From positions 3,510 to 67,509 of the forward strand of contig JAQTVQ010000002.1 in NCBI GenBank assembly GCA_028706715.1: a stretch of DNA of 64,000 bases. The letters run 5' to 3'. This document shows positions 18,419 to 27,716 of this stretch, piece by piece. This DNA comes from Minisyncoccota bacterium (GTDB lineage: Bacteria; Patescibacteriota; Minisyncoccia; Minisyncoccales; JAQTVQ01). Under the pieces are notes generated by a model. It was not told the DNA's origin, did no database searches, and saw nothing but the letters and a program-made list of their open reading frames with translations. Both the position numbers and the translations under genes were made by a program. How positions within the stretch are numbered: the first letter of the stretch is position 1; each line of letters begins with the position of its first letter.

Positions 18419-19957
18419 ATGTCTTTTGAAGAACAAATAAAAAAACTGGAACAAAAAACCGATGCTCTTGACTCTCCTGATTTTACCGTTAAGCAGCGTC
18501 AAAAAGGAAAGCTGACGGCAAGAGAAAGGATAGAAGCTCTCCTAGACAAAGACAGCTTTGTTGAACTTAATCCTTTCGCGCAATCCAGGTTTGACGATTT
18601 TGGAATGGACAAAAAGAAAGTTTCCGGAGATGCGGTCATTTCAGGCTTCGGCAAGATTAACGGACGGCAGGTCTGCCTTTACAGCCAAGACTTTTCAAAA
18701 ATAGGAGGATCTCTGGGAGAAATGCACGGACAAAAAATAATCAGCGTTCTAAAAATGGCTAGAGAAACCGGCTGTCCTTCAATCGGAATCATTGACAGCG
18801 GAGGAGCGCGCATCCAAGAAGGAATATCAAGCCTTGACGGCTATGCCGGAATCTTTAGAGAAATGATCAAATCTTCAGGAGTAATCCCTCAAATTTCCGT
18901 TATCCTGGGGCCTTCCGCCGGAGGAGCTTCTTACGCTCCGGGGCTCTCCGACTTTATTTTTATGGTTGAAGGAATTTCTCAAATGTATATTACCGGTCCG
19001 GAAGTAATTAAATCGGTAACCGGAGAAAAAATTTCTTTCAACGATCTCGGAGGAGCTTCCGTCCATGCTTTGCAGAGCGGATGCGCCCACTTTATTTTCC
19101 AAAACGAAAACGAATGTTTGGAAAATGTTAAGAAACTTTTAAGCTTCCTTCCTTCAAACAACTTGGAAAGCCCTTCCGCCGAAAAGCCCTGCGGCGCAAA
19201 AAACTCCTGCCCAAAGCTTTTGGAAATAGTGCCTGACGAAGAAGGGAAGGGATACGATATGAAAGAAGTGATTGAAGAAATTTTTGACCCGGATTCTTTT
19301 TTTGAAGTCCAAGAGGGTTTCGCTCCCAATTCAATTTCCGGTTTCGGCCGGCTGGGGGGATATGTTGTGGGAATTGCGGCCAACCAAGCCAAAACCATGG
19401 CCGGAACATTGGATGTCAATTCTTCGGATAAAATCGCCCGCTTTGTAAGATTCTGCGATTGTTTCAATATCCCAGTCATTAACTTGATTGACACTCCCGG
19501 ATATCTCCCGGGAACGGATCAAGAGCATAAAGGAATAATTCGGCACGGAGCGAAAATATTATACGCTTACGCCGAAGCCGGCGTTCCTAAAATAAGCTTG
19601 ATTTTAAGAAAAGCTTTCGGCGGAGCCTATATCGCTCTTGCGTCAAAAGAGCTTGGATATGACAAAGTCGTCGCATGGCCTTCGGCTCAAATAGGAGTAA
19701 TGGGCCCAAAGCAAGCTGTAAAAATTATTTTCCGCAAAGAGCTGGAAAAAAATCGGCACAATCCCGAATTTGAAAAAGAAAAAATTTCCGAGCTTTCCGA
19801 AACATTTTTAAGCCCGTGGCAGGCCGCCAAGCTTGGAAAGATAGACTTGATAATCAAGCCTCAAGAGACTAGAACCGTTTTGTTCAAGCTGTTGGAGTCT
19901 TTGCTTAATAAGCGCGGGAATAAAATCCCTAGAAAGCACGGGAATATTCCGCTATAA
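18419..19957 (+). CDS. Acyl-CoA carboxylase carboxyltransferase (single-chain PccB type)
   Basis: GKLTARERI, DSGGARIQEG, KIARFVRFCD, GIIRHGAK, RKAFGGAY, KHGNIPL. Confidence 0.93.
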   Translation: MSFEEQIKKLEQKTDALDSPDFTVKQRQKGKLTARERIEALLDKDSFVELNPFAQSRFDDFGMDKKKVSGDAVISGFGKINGRQVCLYSQDFSKIGGSLGEMHGQKIISVLKMARETGCPSIGIIDSGGARIQEGISSLDGYAGIFREMIKSSGVIPQISVILGPSAGGASYAPGLSDFIFMVEGISQMYITGPEVIKSVTGEKISFNDLGGASVHALQSGCAHFIFQNENECLENVKKLLSFLPSNNLESPSAEKPCGAKNSCPKLLEIVPDEEGKGYDMKEVIEEIFDPDSFFEVQEGFAPNSISGFGRLGGYVVGIAANQAKTMAGTLDVNSSDKIARFVRFCDCFNIPVINLIDTPGYLPGTDQEHKGIIRHGAKILYAYAEAGVPKISLILRKAFGGAYIALASKELGYDKVVAWPSAQIGVMGPKQAVKIIFRKELEKNRHNPEFEKEKISELSETFLSPWQAAKLGKIDLIIKPQETRTVLFKLLESLLNKRGNKIPRKHGNIPL

Positions 19958-19967
19958 TATTATTAAC

Positions 19968-20837
19968 ATGGCAAAAGTCAGCATTATTGTAGGCCAAAGC
20001 GCCTCTCTCTCCAAACAAATAATGGAAAAATATTCTTTGACAATGATTCCTTTTGTAGTTGACTGGAAGTCTGAAAAAAGCAACCTCAACCCGGAAAGCA
20101 TTTTCCAAAAGATGGCTGACGCCGAAGAAAACGGTTCGGAAGATTTGCCAAAAACCTCTCATCCGGCGCCATGGCTTTTTAAAAGCTTTTTTGAAGAAAA
20201 GCTTAAAAATTCCGATTCGGTTCTTTTTGTTTCTTTAAGTTCTAAGCTGTCAGCCACTTTTGAATCCGCCAACACCGGCAAAGAAATGCTCAATCCTTCC
20301 CTCAAGGAAAAAGTTTTTCTTTTTGACAGCCAGAATGTCAGCGCCGGAGAAGGATTGATCGCAATCAAAGCGGCAGAAATTATCGGACAAGGAAAATCAA
20401 TTCAAAAAGCCGTTGAAGAATTGCAGGATTTTAAACAAAAAATTTGTTCAGCGGCGATTGTTGAAAATATCAAATGGCTGGAAAAAGGCGGAAGGGCAAA
20501 AGGCTTGTCAAAACTTGCATTGCCTTTTTTGCAAAAAACGGGAGCGAATATCGTCCTTAAAATTAAAAACGGGAAGATAGAGCCGGCTATGCTGTCCCTA
20601 AAGAACAGCAACCAAGCCTCGGCGGTCTTTAATTTTTTTAAAAAAGACAAAAACAGGCAGAAAGCGCGAGTAGCGATAACTTATGCGCAGAACGAACAAG
20701 AAGCCAAAGACCTCAAAAATCTGATATTGAAAGAATTTCCCGAAACCGAGATAGCTTTCGTCTGTCCGATTGATAATATTATAGGGATACATACCGGTCC
20801 CAACGCCTTAATCTGCGCGTGGCATCCTTTGGAATGA
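19968..20837 (+). CDS. DegV/FakB fatty-acid binding protein
   Basis: PKTSHP, SSKLSAT, DSQNVSAG, KGGR, HTGP. Confidence 0.88.
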   Translation: MAKVSIIVGQSASLSKQIMEKYSLTMIPFVVDWKSEKSNLNPESIFQKMADAEENGSEDLPKTSHPAPWLFKSFFEEKLKNSDSVLFVSLSSKLSATFESANTGKEMLNPSLKEKVFLFDSQNVSAGEGLIAIKAAEIIGQGKSIQKAVEELQDFKQKICSAAIVENIKWLEKGGRAKGLSKLALPFLQKTGANIVLKIKNGKIEPAMLSLKNSNQASAVFNFFKKDKNRQKARVAITYAQNEQEAKDLKNLILKEFPETEIAFVCPIDNIIGIHTGPNALICAWHPLE

Positions 20838-20838
20838 T

Positions 20839-21498
20839 ATGCTTTTAAATTGTTATTTGCCAGCCGCTCTTATTTCTTATTTCCTCGGCTCAATTTCCGC
20901 CGCCGTTTTGGTTGGAAAGCTTTTTACCAAAAAAGATTTTCAGAAAGAGGGAAGCGGAAACCTTGGAGCCACCAACGCTTTGCGCATTGTCAGCAAAGAG
21001 AAGGGAAAAGCGTGGGGAGTTTTTGCTTTTCTTGCCGTTTTTCTTTTTGACGCCGGAAAGGCCGTCGCCGCATGCCTTATCTCTCTAAAAATTGTTCCCG
21101 ATTACAATATTGCTTTGACTTTAGCTGTTTTTTTCGCCGTTCTCGGACACAATTATTCCGTATTTCTAAAATTCCGCGGAGGAAGAGGAGCCGCATCTCT
21201 CCTCGGAGTCTTTTTGTTTTTTGACTGGCGCGTTTTCTTGGCATGGTTCGGAACTTTTTTAACAACAGCCTCCATCTTTGAAATAATTGAGAGCAAAAAA
21301 TTTGATAAAAAAACAATTGCCAGAGCCGCAAACCGCCAAATTATCGGCCGGCTTTTCGGAGAGGTATTTGCGCTCGTTCCCGTTTATTTTCTTAATCAGT
21401 CGCTTTTTTGGCCTTGTTTGCTCGCCACTCCGTTAATCCTGGTTCGGCACAAAGACAGGATAGAAAAACAGCTAAAGGAGATTGCAGAGAAAGATTAG
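20839..21498 (+). CDS. plsY: Acyl-phosphate:G3P acyltransferase
   Basis: YFLGSI, GSGNLGATN, FDAGK, GHNYSVFLKFRGGRG, RH motif. Confidence 0.9.
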   Translation: MLLNCYLPAALISYFLGSISAAVLVGKLFTKKDFQKEGSGNLGATNALRIVSKEKGKAWGVFAFLAVFLFDAGKAVAACLISLKIVPDYNIALTLAVFFAVLGHNYSVFLKFRGGRGAASLLGVFLFFDWRVFLAWFGTFLTTASIFEIIESKKFDKKTIARAANRQIIGRLFGEVFALVPVYFLNQSLFWPCLLATPLILVRHKDRIEKQLKEIAEKD

Positions 21499-21638
21499 GC
21501 CGCGAGCATAAATTTCTAAATCCAATAAGCATACCTCTTATTTAAAATCATCCAATCTCTGCCGGCGTTTCATTTTCTTTTAACGGTTAATTTATAGACT
21601 TTTTGGCTTTTTCTTGGTAAGATTTCCTTAGAAATCCA

Positions 21639-21711
21639 GCCCTCGTGGTGTAATGGATAACATGTCTGTCTTCGGAACAGAAGATTGCAGGTCCGACTCC
21701 TGCCGAGGGCA
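21639..21711 (+). tRNA. tRNA-Arg(TCG)
   Basis: Acceptor GCCCTCG/CGAGGGC; anticodon arm TCTGT-CTTCGGA-ACAGA; T-arm GCAGG-TCCGACT-CCTGC. Confidence 0.93.
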
Positions 21712-21816
21712 CGAAGAGAAAGCCACGTAAAAATCCGAAAGGATTTTGTATCGTGGCCGAGAGCGTGAAGAGAAAGAGAAAGTCTGCAAACCGCAAGCTA
21801 AGAAGCTATAAAGCAA

Positions 21817-22248
21817 ATGATATTGACTAAAAGTAAAAAAAGTTTCATTATCTTAGCAGGAGCCCTGTCTCTGTTTTTGTTTTTAGCGCCGAACGTATTG
21901 GCCGGAGGCCAAAACTGCCCGACCGAAGGGCTTGTTCCCTGCGGAACGGAAGGCTGTCCTTGCGAAATTTGCGATCTTTTCAAAATGATAAACGGGATTG
22001 TAAACTATATAATCACTGGCATAGTTCCTTTGATTGCCATATTGTTCGTGACTTACGGCGGATTTAAATATATTACCGCAGACGGCGATCCCGGAAAAAT
22101 AAAAGAAGCTAATGACGTTTTTACCGCCGCGATAATAGGATTGGTCATCATTTACGGCGCATGGATGGCCATAGGATTTGCTTTGAATTTAATCGGAGTC
22201 GCCGAGTGGACGGGACTGGGAAACTGGTACCAAATCAATTGCCCTTAA
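21817..22248 (+). CDS. VirB2/TrbC-like CPR pilin
   Basis: Signal peptide, GLVPCG-x3-CxCxxC, two TM helices around GGFKYITADGDP...AIIGLVII. Confidence 0.75.
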   Translation: MILTKSKKSFIILAGALSLFLFLAPNVLAGGQNCPTEGLVPCGTEGCPCEICDLFKMINGIVNYIITGIVPLIAILFVTYGGFKYITADGDPGKIKEANDVFTAAIIGLVIIYGAWMAIGFALNLIGVAEWTGLGNWYQINCP

Positions 22249-22255
22249 ATCCTTT

Positions 22256-22328
22256 GCCCTCATAGCTCAATTGGCAGAGCAGTTGCCTCTTAAGCAATTG
22301 GTTACAGGTTCAAGTCCTGTTGAGGGCA
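22256..22328 (+). tRNA. tRNA-Lys(CTT)
   Basis: Acceptor GCCCTCA/TGAGGGC; TAGCTCAATTGG; anticodon loop CTCTTAA; GTTCAA T-loop. Confidence 0.95.
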
Positions 22329-22336
22329 CAGAATGG

Positions 22337-22451
22337 AAATTTAAAATGTAAAAATCAAAATGTAAAATTATTGTATCGCTTCGCGACAATATATTACCCC
22401 GCGGAAGGGGATACCATAATTTTGCATTTTGATGTTTGAATTTTGCATTTT
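22337..22451. repeat. AT-rich palindromic intergenic element (fuller copy)
   Basis: Arms ~22352-22377 / 22410-22438 enclose hairpins TCGCTTCGCGA and CCCC-GCGGAA-GGGG. Confidence 0.75.
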
Positions 22452-22520
22452 CGCGTCGAAATTTCCTCATGTTTATAACAGATTTAATAAATTCAGATTA
22501 CTAAATAATACAAAAACGAT

Positions 22521-22781
22521 ATGTTTAAACCAGAAGAAAAATTAAAAATTATAAACGATTATAAAATCCACGAAACCGATACCGGTTCAGTAGAAGTTCA
22601 AATCGCTTTGCTGACCGCTGATATCAAAAGACTGTTGGAACATTTTAAAATCCACAAAAAAGACCTTCATTCCAAAAGGGGGCTTTTAAAAATGGTGGCC
22701 AAAAGAAGAAAGCTTCTAAAAGTCTTGGCCAAAGAAGACGAAAAGAAGCACGATGCTCTTGTTAAAAAATTAGGGTTATAG
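22521..22781 (+). CDS. rpsO: 30S ribosomal protein S15
   Basis: DTGSVEVQIALLT, HKKDLHSKRGLLKMVAKRRKLL. Confidence 0.97.
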   Translation: MFKPEEKLKIINDYKIHETDTGSVEVQIALLTADIKRLLEHFKIHKKDLHSKRGLLKMVAKRRKLLKVLAKEDEKKHDALVKKLGL

Positions 22782-22786
22782 AGCCA

Positions 22787-23293
22787 ATGTTAAAGCTAGG
22801 ACAAAAAGAACAAAGGGTGGCCGTGTTGATTGATGTTCAGAATATGTACTATTCGGCCAGAAACCTTTATCAAGCAAAAGTTAATTTTAACGAACTGCTT
22901 AAAAGCGCCGTCAACGGCCGGAAGCTTATCCGCGCCATTGCTTATGTTGTTAAAAGCGAAGGACAAGAATCCGATCCTTTTTTCAAGGCTCTTTCCCATA
23001 TCGGCATTGAGTTGAAAATGAAAGGCTTGCAGATTTTTCCGGGCGGACTTAAAAAGGGGGACTGGGATGTGGGAATCGCCATGGACGCGGTAAGGCTTAG
23101 CTCTTCCGTGGATAATATTGTGCTGGTTTCCGGAGACGGAGACTTTTTGCCGTTGATTGACTACATTAAAAACGCCACTCCCGTTTTTGTAGAAATAATG
23201 GGATTCGGGAGAACCACGTCCGGAAAGATTAAAGAAGCGGCTGACCGTTATTTTGATTTGGAAGAAAACAAAAAAAAGTACTTAATATCTTAA
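22787..23293 (+). CDS. NYN/LabA-DUF88 domain protein
   Basis: IDVQN, KGDWDV, LVSGDGDF. Confidence 0.9.
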   Translation: MLKLGQKEQRVAVLIDVQNMYYSARNLYQAKVNFNELLKSAVNGRKLIRAIAYVVKSEGQESDPFFKALSHIGIELKMKGLQIFPGGLKKGDWDVGIAMDAVRLSSSVDNIVLVSGDGDFLPLIDYIKNATPVFVEIMGFGRTTSGKIKEAADRYFDLEENKKKYLIS

Positions 23294-23297
23294 AATT

Positions 23298-25442
23298 ATG
23301 GAAGAAAAAATTTTTAAATTAGAAATCGGACCTAAAATCCTTGAAGTCAACACTCGGCCTCTCGCCAAGAACGCCAACGGATCGGTTTTGGTAAAATACG
23401 GCGACACGACTGTTTTGGCTACTTGCGTAATGTCCAAAAAACCGCTGGAAGGAATTGATTTTTTCCCTTTAACCGTTGAATATTCCGAGAGATACTACGC
23501 GGCTGGAAAAATTCTAGGATCTAGATTTATCCGCAGAGAAGGAAGGCCTACTGACGAGGCTGTTTTAATTTCCAGGATTATTGACCGCGCCCTGCGCCCG
23601 CTTTTCCCCAAAGACCTTAATTACGAAGTTCAAATAATCATTACTTGCCTTTCTTGGGACGGAGAAAATGATCCCGCAACATTGGGTCTTTTTGCCGCAT
23701 CTCTCGGCCTTTTGATTTCAGACATTCCATGGAACGGCCCGACGGCCGCCGTCCGCGTCTCTAAAAACGACCAAATGAAGCTTTTCCCGAATTATCAAGA
23801 AAGAGAAGAAAGCGTTTATGATTTAATAGCGGCCGGAGTTGATTCGGACAAAGGCGTTCTGATTAATATGATAGACGGCCAGGCGAAAGAGGCTTCCGAG
23901 CAGTCTATTTTTGAAGCTTTTGACTTTGCCAAACCTGAAATCAAAAAACTTCTTGACCTTCAAAAAGAAATTTGCGAAAAAATCGGAAAAGAAAAAATAA
24001 AAATAGAAGAAAAGCCTTCAGACAAAGATCTTGAAGAAAGCGTTAAAAAATTCCTTGCCGGTAAAATTGAGCAGGTCTTGACGACATCAACGGTCAAAGA
24101 CAATTTAAGCACCTACCAAGACTCTCCCGTAAGAGGAGGCGCGTGCAACGGATTCTCTTTGTCCGACCTTAAAAACGAGCTAAAAGACTTTCTGAAAGAC
24201 CAAGATCAGGAAAAGTTGAACTACGGAGTCAGCTTGTTTGAAAAGGAAATAGAAAAAACTTTTGAAGAAAATATTCTAAACAATGAAAAAAGGCCGGACG
24301 GCAGAAAGCTTGACCAAGTCAGGGATCTCTCCTGCGAAGTCGGATTGCTCCCCAGGACCCACGGATGCGGAATGTTTTCCCGCGGAGAGACAAGCGCCTT
24401 GTCTATCTTAACTTTAGGGTCTCCAAGCGACCATAAATTAATGGAAGGAATGGAAGTCAGAGGCAAAAAAAGATTTATGCACCATTATAATTTCCCTCCT
24501 TACTGCACAGGAGAAGTAAAACCGATCCGCGGAACCGGACGCAGGGAAATCGGGCATGGAATGCTTGGCGAAAAAGCAATATTGCCCATGATACCGGATA
24601 TTGAAGATTTTCCTTACACTATTAGAATCGTTTCAGAGGTTTTGTCTTCAAACGGATCTTCCTCAATGGCTTCAACCTGCGCCGCCAGCTTGGCTTTAAT
24701 GGACGCCGGAGTGCCCATTAAAAACCCGGTAGCCGGAATCGCGATGGGACTGGTAACCGATGGAGAAAAATATAAAATCTTAACCGACATCCAAGGCCCT
24801 GAAGACCATCACGGACATATGGACTTTAAAGTAGCCGGAACAAAAAACGGCGTTAACGCCATTCAGCTTGACGTAAAAACCTTGGGACTGACAAAAGAAA
24901 TACTGGAAGAAACAATGATTAAAGCAAAAAAAGCCCGCGAAGAAATCTTGGCTAAAATGCAATCCGTAATTGCGGAGCCTCGCAAAGAGCTCTCCCAGTA
25001 TGCCCCAAGAATATTTGTGTTCTCAATTAAACCGGAAAAAATAAGGGAAGTCATCGGATCGGGAGGAAAGGTGATAAATGAGATAATTGATACGTGCGGG
25101 GTGACGATAGACATTGAAGATTCCGGAAAAGTGTTTATCACCGGAGAGAAAGAGGAAGCGGCGAAGAAAGCTATGGACTGGATTAAAAATATCGTCAGAG
25201 AAGTAAAGGCGGGAGAGTTTTTCCCCCAAGGAAAAGTAAAAAGAATTTTGGATTTCGGAGCCTTCGTTGAGATACTGCCCGGACAAGAAGGAATGGTCCA
25301 CATTTCCCAGCTGGCAGACCGGCGAGTAGAAAAAGTTACGGACGTAGTAAGCGTCGGAGACATTATTCCGGTTAAAGTCATTTCTATTGACCAACAGGGC
25401 AGAATCAATTTATCATTAAAAGAAGCTAAGAATAAAAATTAA
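23298..25442 (+). CDS. pnp: Polyribonucleotide nucleotidyltransferase
   Basis: DFFPLTVEY, RREGRP, HHYNFPP, RREIGHG, SNGSSS, KH and S1 domains. Confidence 0.97.
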   Translation: MEEKIFKLEIGPKILEVNTRPLAKNANGSVLVKYGDTTVLATCVMSKKPLEGIDFFPLTVEYSERYYAAGKILGSRFIRREGRPTDEAVLISRIIDRALRPLFPKDLNYEVQIIITCLSWDGENDPATLGLFAASLGLLISDIPWNGPTAAVRVSKNDQMKLFPNYQEREESVYDLIAAGVDSDKGVLINMIDGQAKEASEQSIFEAFDFAKPEIKKLLDLQKEICEKIGKEKIKIEEKPSDKDLEESVKKFLAGKIEQVLTTSTVKDNLSTYQDSPVRGGACNGFSLSDLKNELKDFLKDQDQEKLNYGVSLFEKEIEKTFEENILNNEKRPDGRKLDQVRDLSCEVGLLPRTHGCGMFSRGETSALSILTLGSPSDHKLMEGMEVRGKKRFMHHYNFPPYCTGEVKPIRGTGRREIGHGMLGEKAILPMIPDIEDFPYTIRIVSEVLSSNGSSSMASTCAASLALMDAGVPIKNPVAGIAMGLVTDGEKYKILTDIQGPEDHHGHMDFKVAGTKNGVNAIQLDVKTLGLTKEILEETMIKAKKAREEILAKMQSVIAEPRKELSQYAPRIFVFSIKPEKIREVIGSGGKVINEIIDTCGVTIDIEDSGKVFITGEKEEAAKKAMDWIKNIVREVKAGEFFPQGKVKRILDFGAFVEILPGQEGMVHISQLADRRVEKVTDVVSVGDIIPVKVISIDQQGRINLSLKEAKNKN

Positions 25443-25461
25443 TCTAAAATCGGCGGCTTCC

Positions 25462-27180
25462 ATGTCAGAAGAAATCAGGGACCTCTTCCAAAGAGAAAAT
25501 ATAAAAACAATGAAAAAGGATTTGAGAAGCCTTGCGGAGTCGGAGACCCAAGAAAAAAAAGAGCAATTTTTAGGTTTGCCCCAAAAAGAAAAGGCGGCCG
25601 TTCCGACTCCTCCTGCTCCTCCTGCTCCTTTGGCGAAGGAAAACAAAAAGCCCCAAGTTCCGACTCCTCCCGCATTCAACAAGAAAGAGGATCTTCCAAA
25701 AAACGACCCGGAAGAAAGGCTGGCGGAAAAATTCGCCCAAATCAAAAAAGACCAAGAAGAAAAAGCAAAGATGATTGAAGAAAGGCAAACAAAAGACGTG
25801 GAAGAAACGGAAAAGGCGGAAAAGAAAATTACGGACGAAGAGAAAAGAAGACAGGAAGACCAAAAAGCCGAACAGAAAAAGAAAGAAGAAGAAAAAAAAG
25901 AAAAAGAAAGGCTAGACAGCGCGATCTCTTCCGCCCAAGAAAAAATTATTCAAACGGCAAACGTTCCTCCTTCGGAGAGGACTCTTTCCTCTGAAAAAAA
26001 TTCTTCTTCCTCCGCCGGCTCCGATCGGCCCGCTTCTTTTGAAGACAAATATAAAGAAGAAATAACGGAAGCTCCGAAGCTTCCGGACAAAAAAGGAGCT
26101 CCATTCTTTAGCTCTCCCGAAACAGAAAGCAAAAAAGAAGAGCCCCTTCCGGCCGCCAAAAATCCCCAAGAGCCTGTAAAAAGACCGTTAGACATTTCGG
26201 ACAAAAAAGCTTCAACTGAATTTAAGGCGCCGTTTCCTGCTCAAGAAGAGAAGAAAACGGAAGAAAAAGAAGACAGCCCCCATCAAGAACAAGACCGGGC
26301 AAAGGATAAAAGCGCCGAACCCGTTGGTGAAAAAGAAAGGATTAAGGCGCTGGAAGAAAAAGAAAAAGAAATAGACAAAGCTTTGGAGGAAAACGGCCAA
26401 AAGAAAATACCAATAAGCTTGCAGTCGGAAAAAATATCCAAAGAAATTGAAAAAATCAAGCAATCCCAGCTGCAGGGGATTTTAGCCGAAGAGAAAGAGA
26501 TAGAAGAAAGGGTGAAAGAACTGGAAGAGAGGGAAAAAACCGCTTCCTCGGCAGAAGAAAAAAGAAAAACCGAGACAGAACGGCAAGAATCTGAAAAAGC
26601 TAGAGAAGAAATTGAAGAGAAGAAATACCAAATTGAAGACAGCATTGCGAGCATGGAGTCCCAATTAAACGAATGCAAAAAAAATTCTTCTTTCATATTG
26701 GAGAGAGAGAAAAAACTGCTCAAAGAAAAAGAAAATATAAAAAACCAAAAAGAAGCCGTCGGGCTTCTGAAAAAGAAAGGAGAGCTGGAAAAATCTTTAG
26801 AGGAGCTTAGCGAAAAGACAGACTCTTTGAAAAAGAATCTTTCTTTGCTTCTAAGAGAAAAAGAAGAAAAGGAAAAGGCCTTGGAAGAAGCCGTTGAGGA
26901 AGAAGAGATTGTTGAAAGCAACCTCCGTCAAGTTGAACAGCAAGAAGAAAAAGAAAAAGACCAGGCTCTTTTAAGGAAAATAGAAGCTCAAAGAAAAGAA
27001 TTGTCTGAAAAAAGAAAAGAGAAAGAAAAAGCAAGATGGATGCTGGAAGACGAAAAAGGGGAGATAGAAAAAAAAGAAAAAGAAATTAAAAAAGAATATC
27101 AAAGAGCGGCCAAAAAAATAGAAGAAGAATCAAAAGAGATGAAGATAATTGAAGAAAAAACGAAATTTATCAATGGCTAA
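25462..27180 (+). CDS. Highly charged Pro-rich/coiled-coil protein
   Basis: 572 aa E/K-rich; IKTMKKDL N-terminal motif; no catalytic motifs. Confidence 0.75.
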   Translation: MSEEIRDLFQRENIKTMKKDLRSLAESETQEKKEQFLGLPQKEKAAVPTPPAPPAPLAKENKKPQVPTPPAFNKKEDLPKNDPEERLAEKFAQIKKDQEEKAKMIEERQTKDVEETEKAEKKITDEEKRRQEDQKAEQKKKEEEKKEKERLDSAISSAQEKIIQTANVPPSERTLSSEKNSSSSAGSDRPASFEDKYKEEITEAPKLPDKKGAPFFSSPETESKKEEPLPAAKNPQEPVKRPLDISDKKASTEFKAPFPAQEEKKTEEKEDSPHQEQDRAKDKSAEPVGEKERIKALEEKEKEIDKALEENGQKKIPISLQSEKISKEIEKIKQSQLQGILAEEKEIEERVKELEEREKTASSAEEKRKTETERQESEKAREEIEEKKYQIEDSIASMESQLNECKKNSSFILEREKKLLKEKENIKNQKEAVGLLKKKGELEKSLEELSEKTDSLKKNLSLLLREKEEKEKALEEAVEEEEIVESNLRQVEQQEEKEKDQALLRKIEAQRKELSEKRKEKEKARWMLEDEKGEIEKKEKEIKKEYQRAAKKIEEESKEMKIIEEKTKFING

Positions 27181-27305
27181 ACATTCTTTCTTCGCAAAAA
27201 TTTTAATCCGATTCTTAATTTTAATAATTTTGGGGGCGATGGCAGCGACGGCAATATTTTTATTTTAAAAGTCCGAGCCGGCATCCTGCCCGAAAACAAA
27301 AAATA

Positions 27306-27662
27306 ATGGAAAAAGAATTTTTAAAAAAGATACAGGAATCTCTTGAGCAAAGAAAAGAAACCATAAGAAAAGAGTTAGGCGGCTTTGCCAATGAAAGCCC
27401 TGAAACCAAGAAAGATTGGAACGCCCGATATCCCCAATTTGAGGGGAGCGGCTTGGAAGACGAAGCTGACGAGGTGGAAGAATACGAAAGCCTCCTTTCC
27501 ATTGAAAAAACCTTGGAAAAAAAACTTAAAGACATTGATGCGGCCTTGGAAAAAATACAAAAAAACAGCTACGGATTATGCGAAAAATGCGGAAAAGAAA
27601 TATCCAAAGAAAGGCTGGAAGTTTGTCCGGAAGCCAAATGGTGTTCTGATTGCATCCAATAA
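27306..27662 (+). CDS. TraR/DksA C4 zinc-finger protein
   Basis: Coiled coil then YGLCEKC-x7-RLxxxPxAxxCxxC. Confidence 0.88.
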   Translation: MEKEFLKKIQESLEQRKETIRKELGGFANESPETKKDWNARYPQFEGSGLEDEADEVEEYESLLSIEKTLEKKLKDIDAALEKIQKNSYGLCEKCGKEISKERLEVCPEAKWCSDCIQ

Positions 27663-27716
27663 CTTTCTGCCGACAGACAAGGCTTAGAAATTAAAAATTA
27701 GAAATTTTTAATAAAA

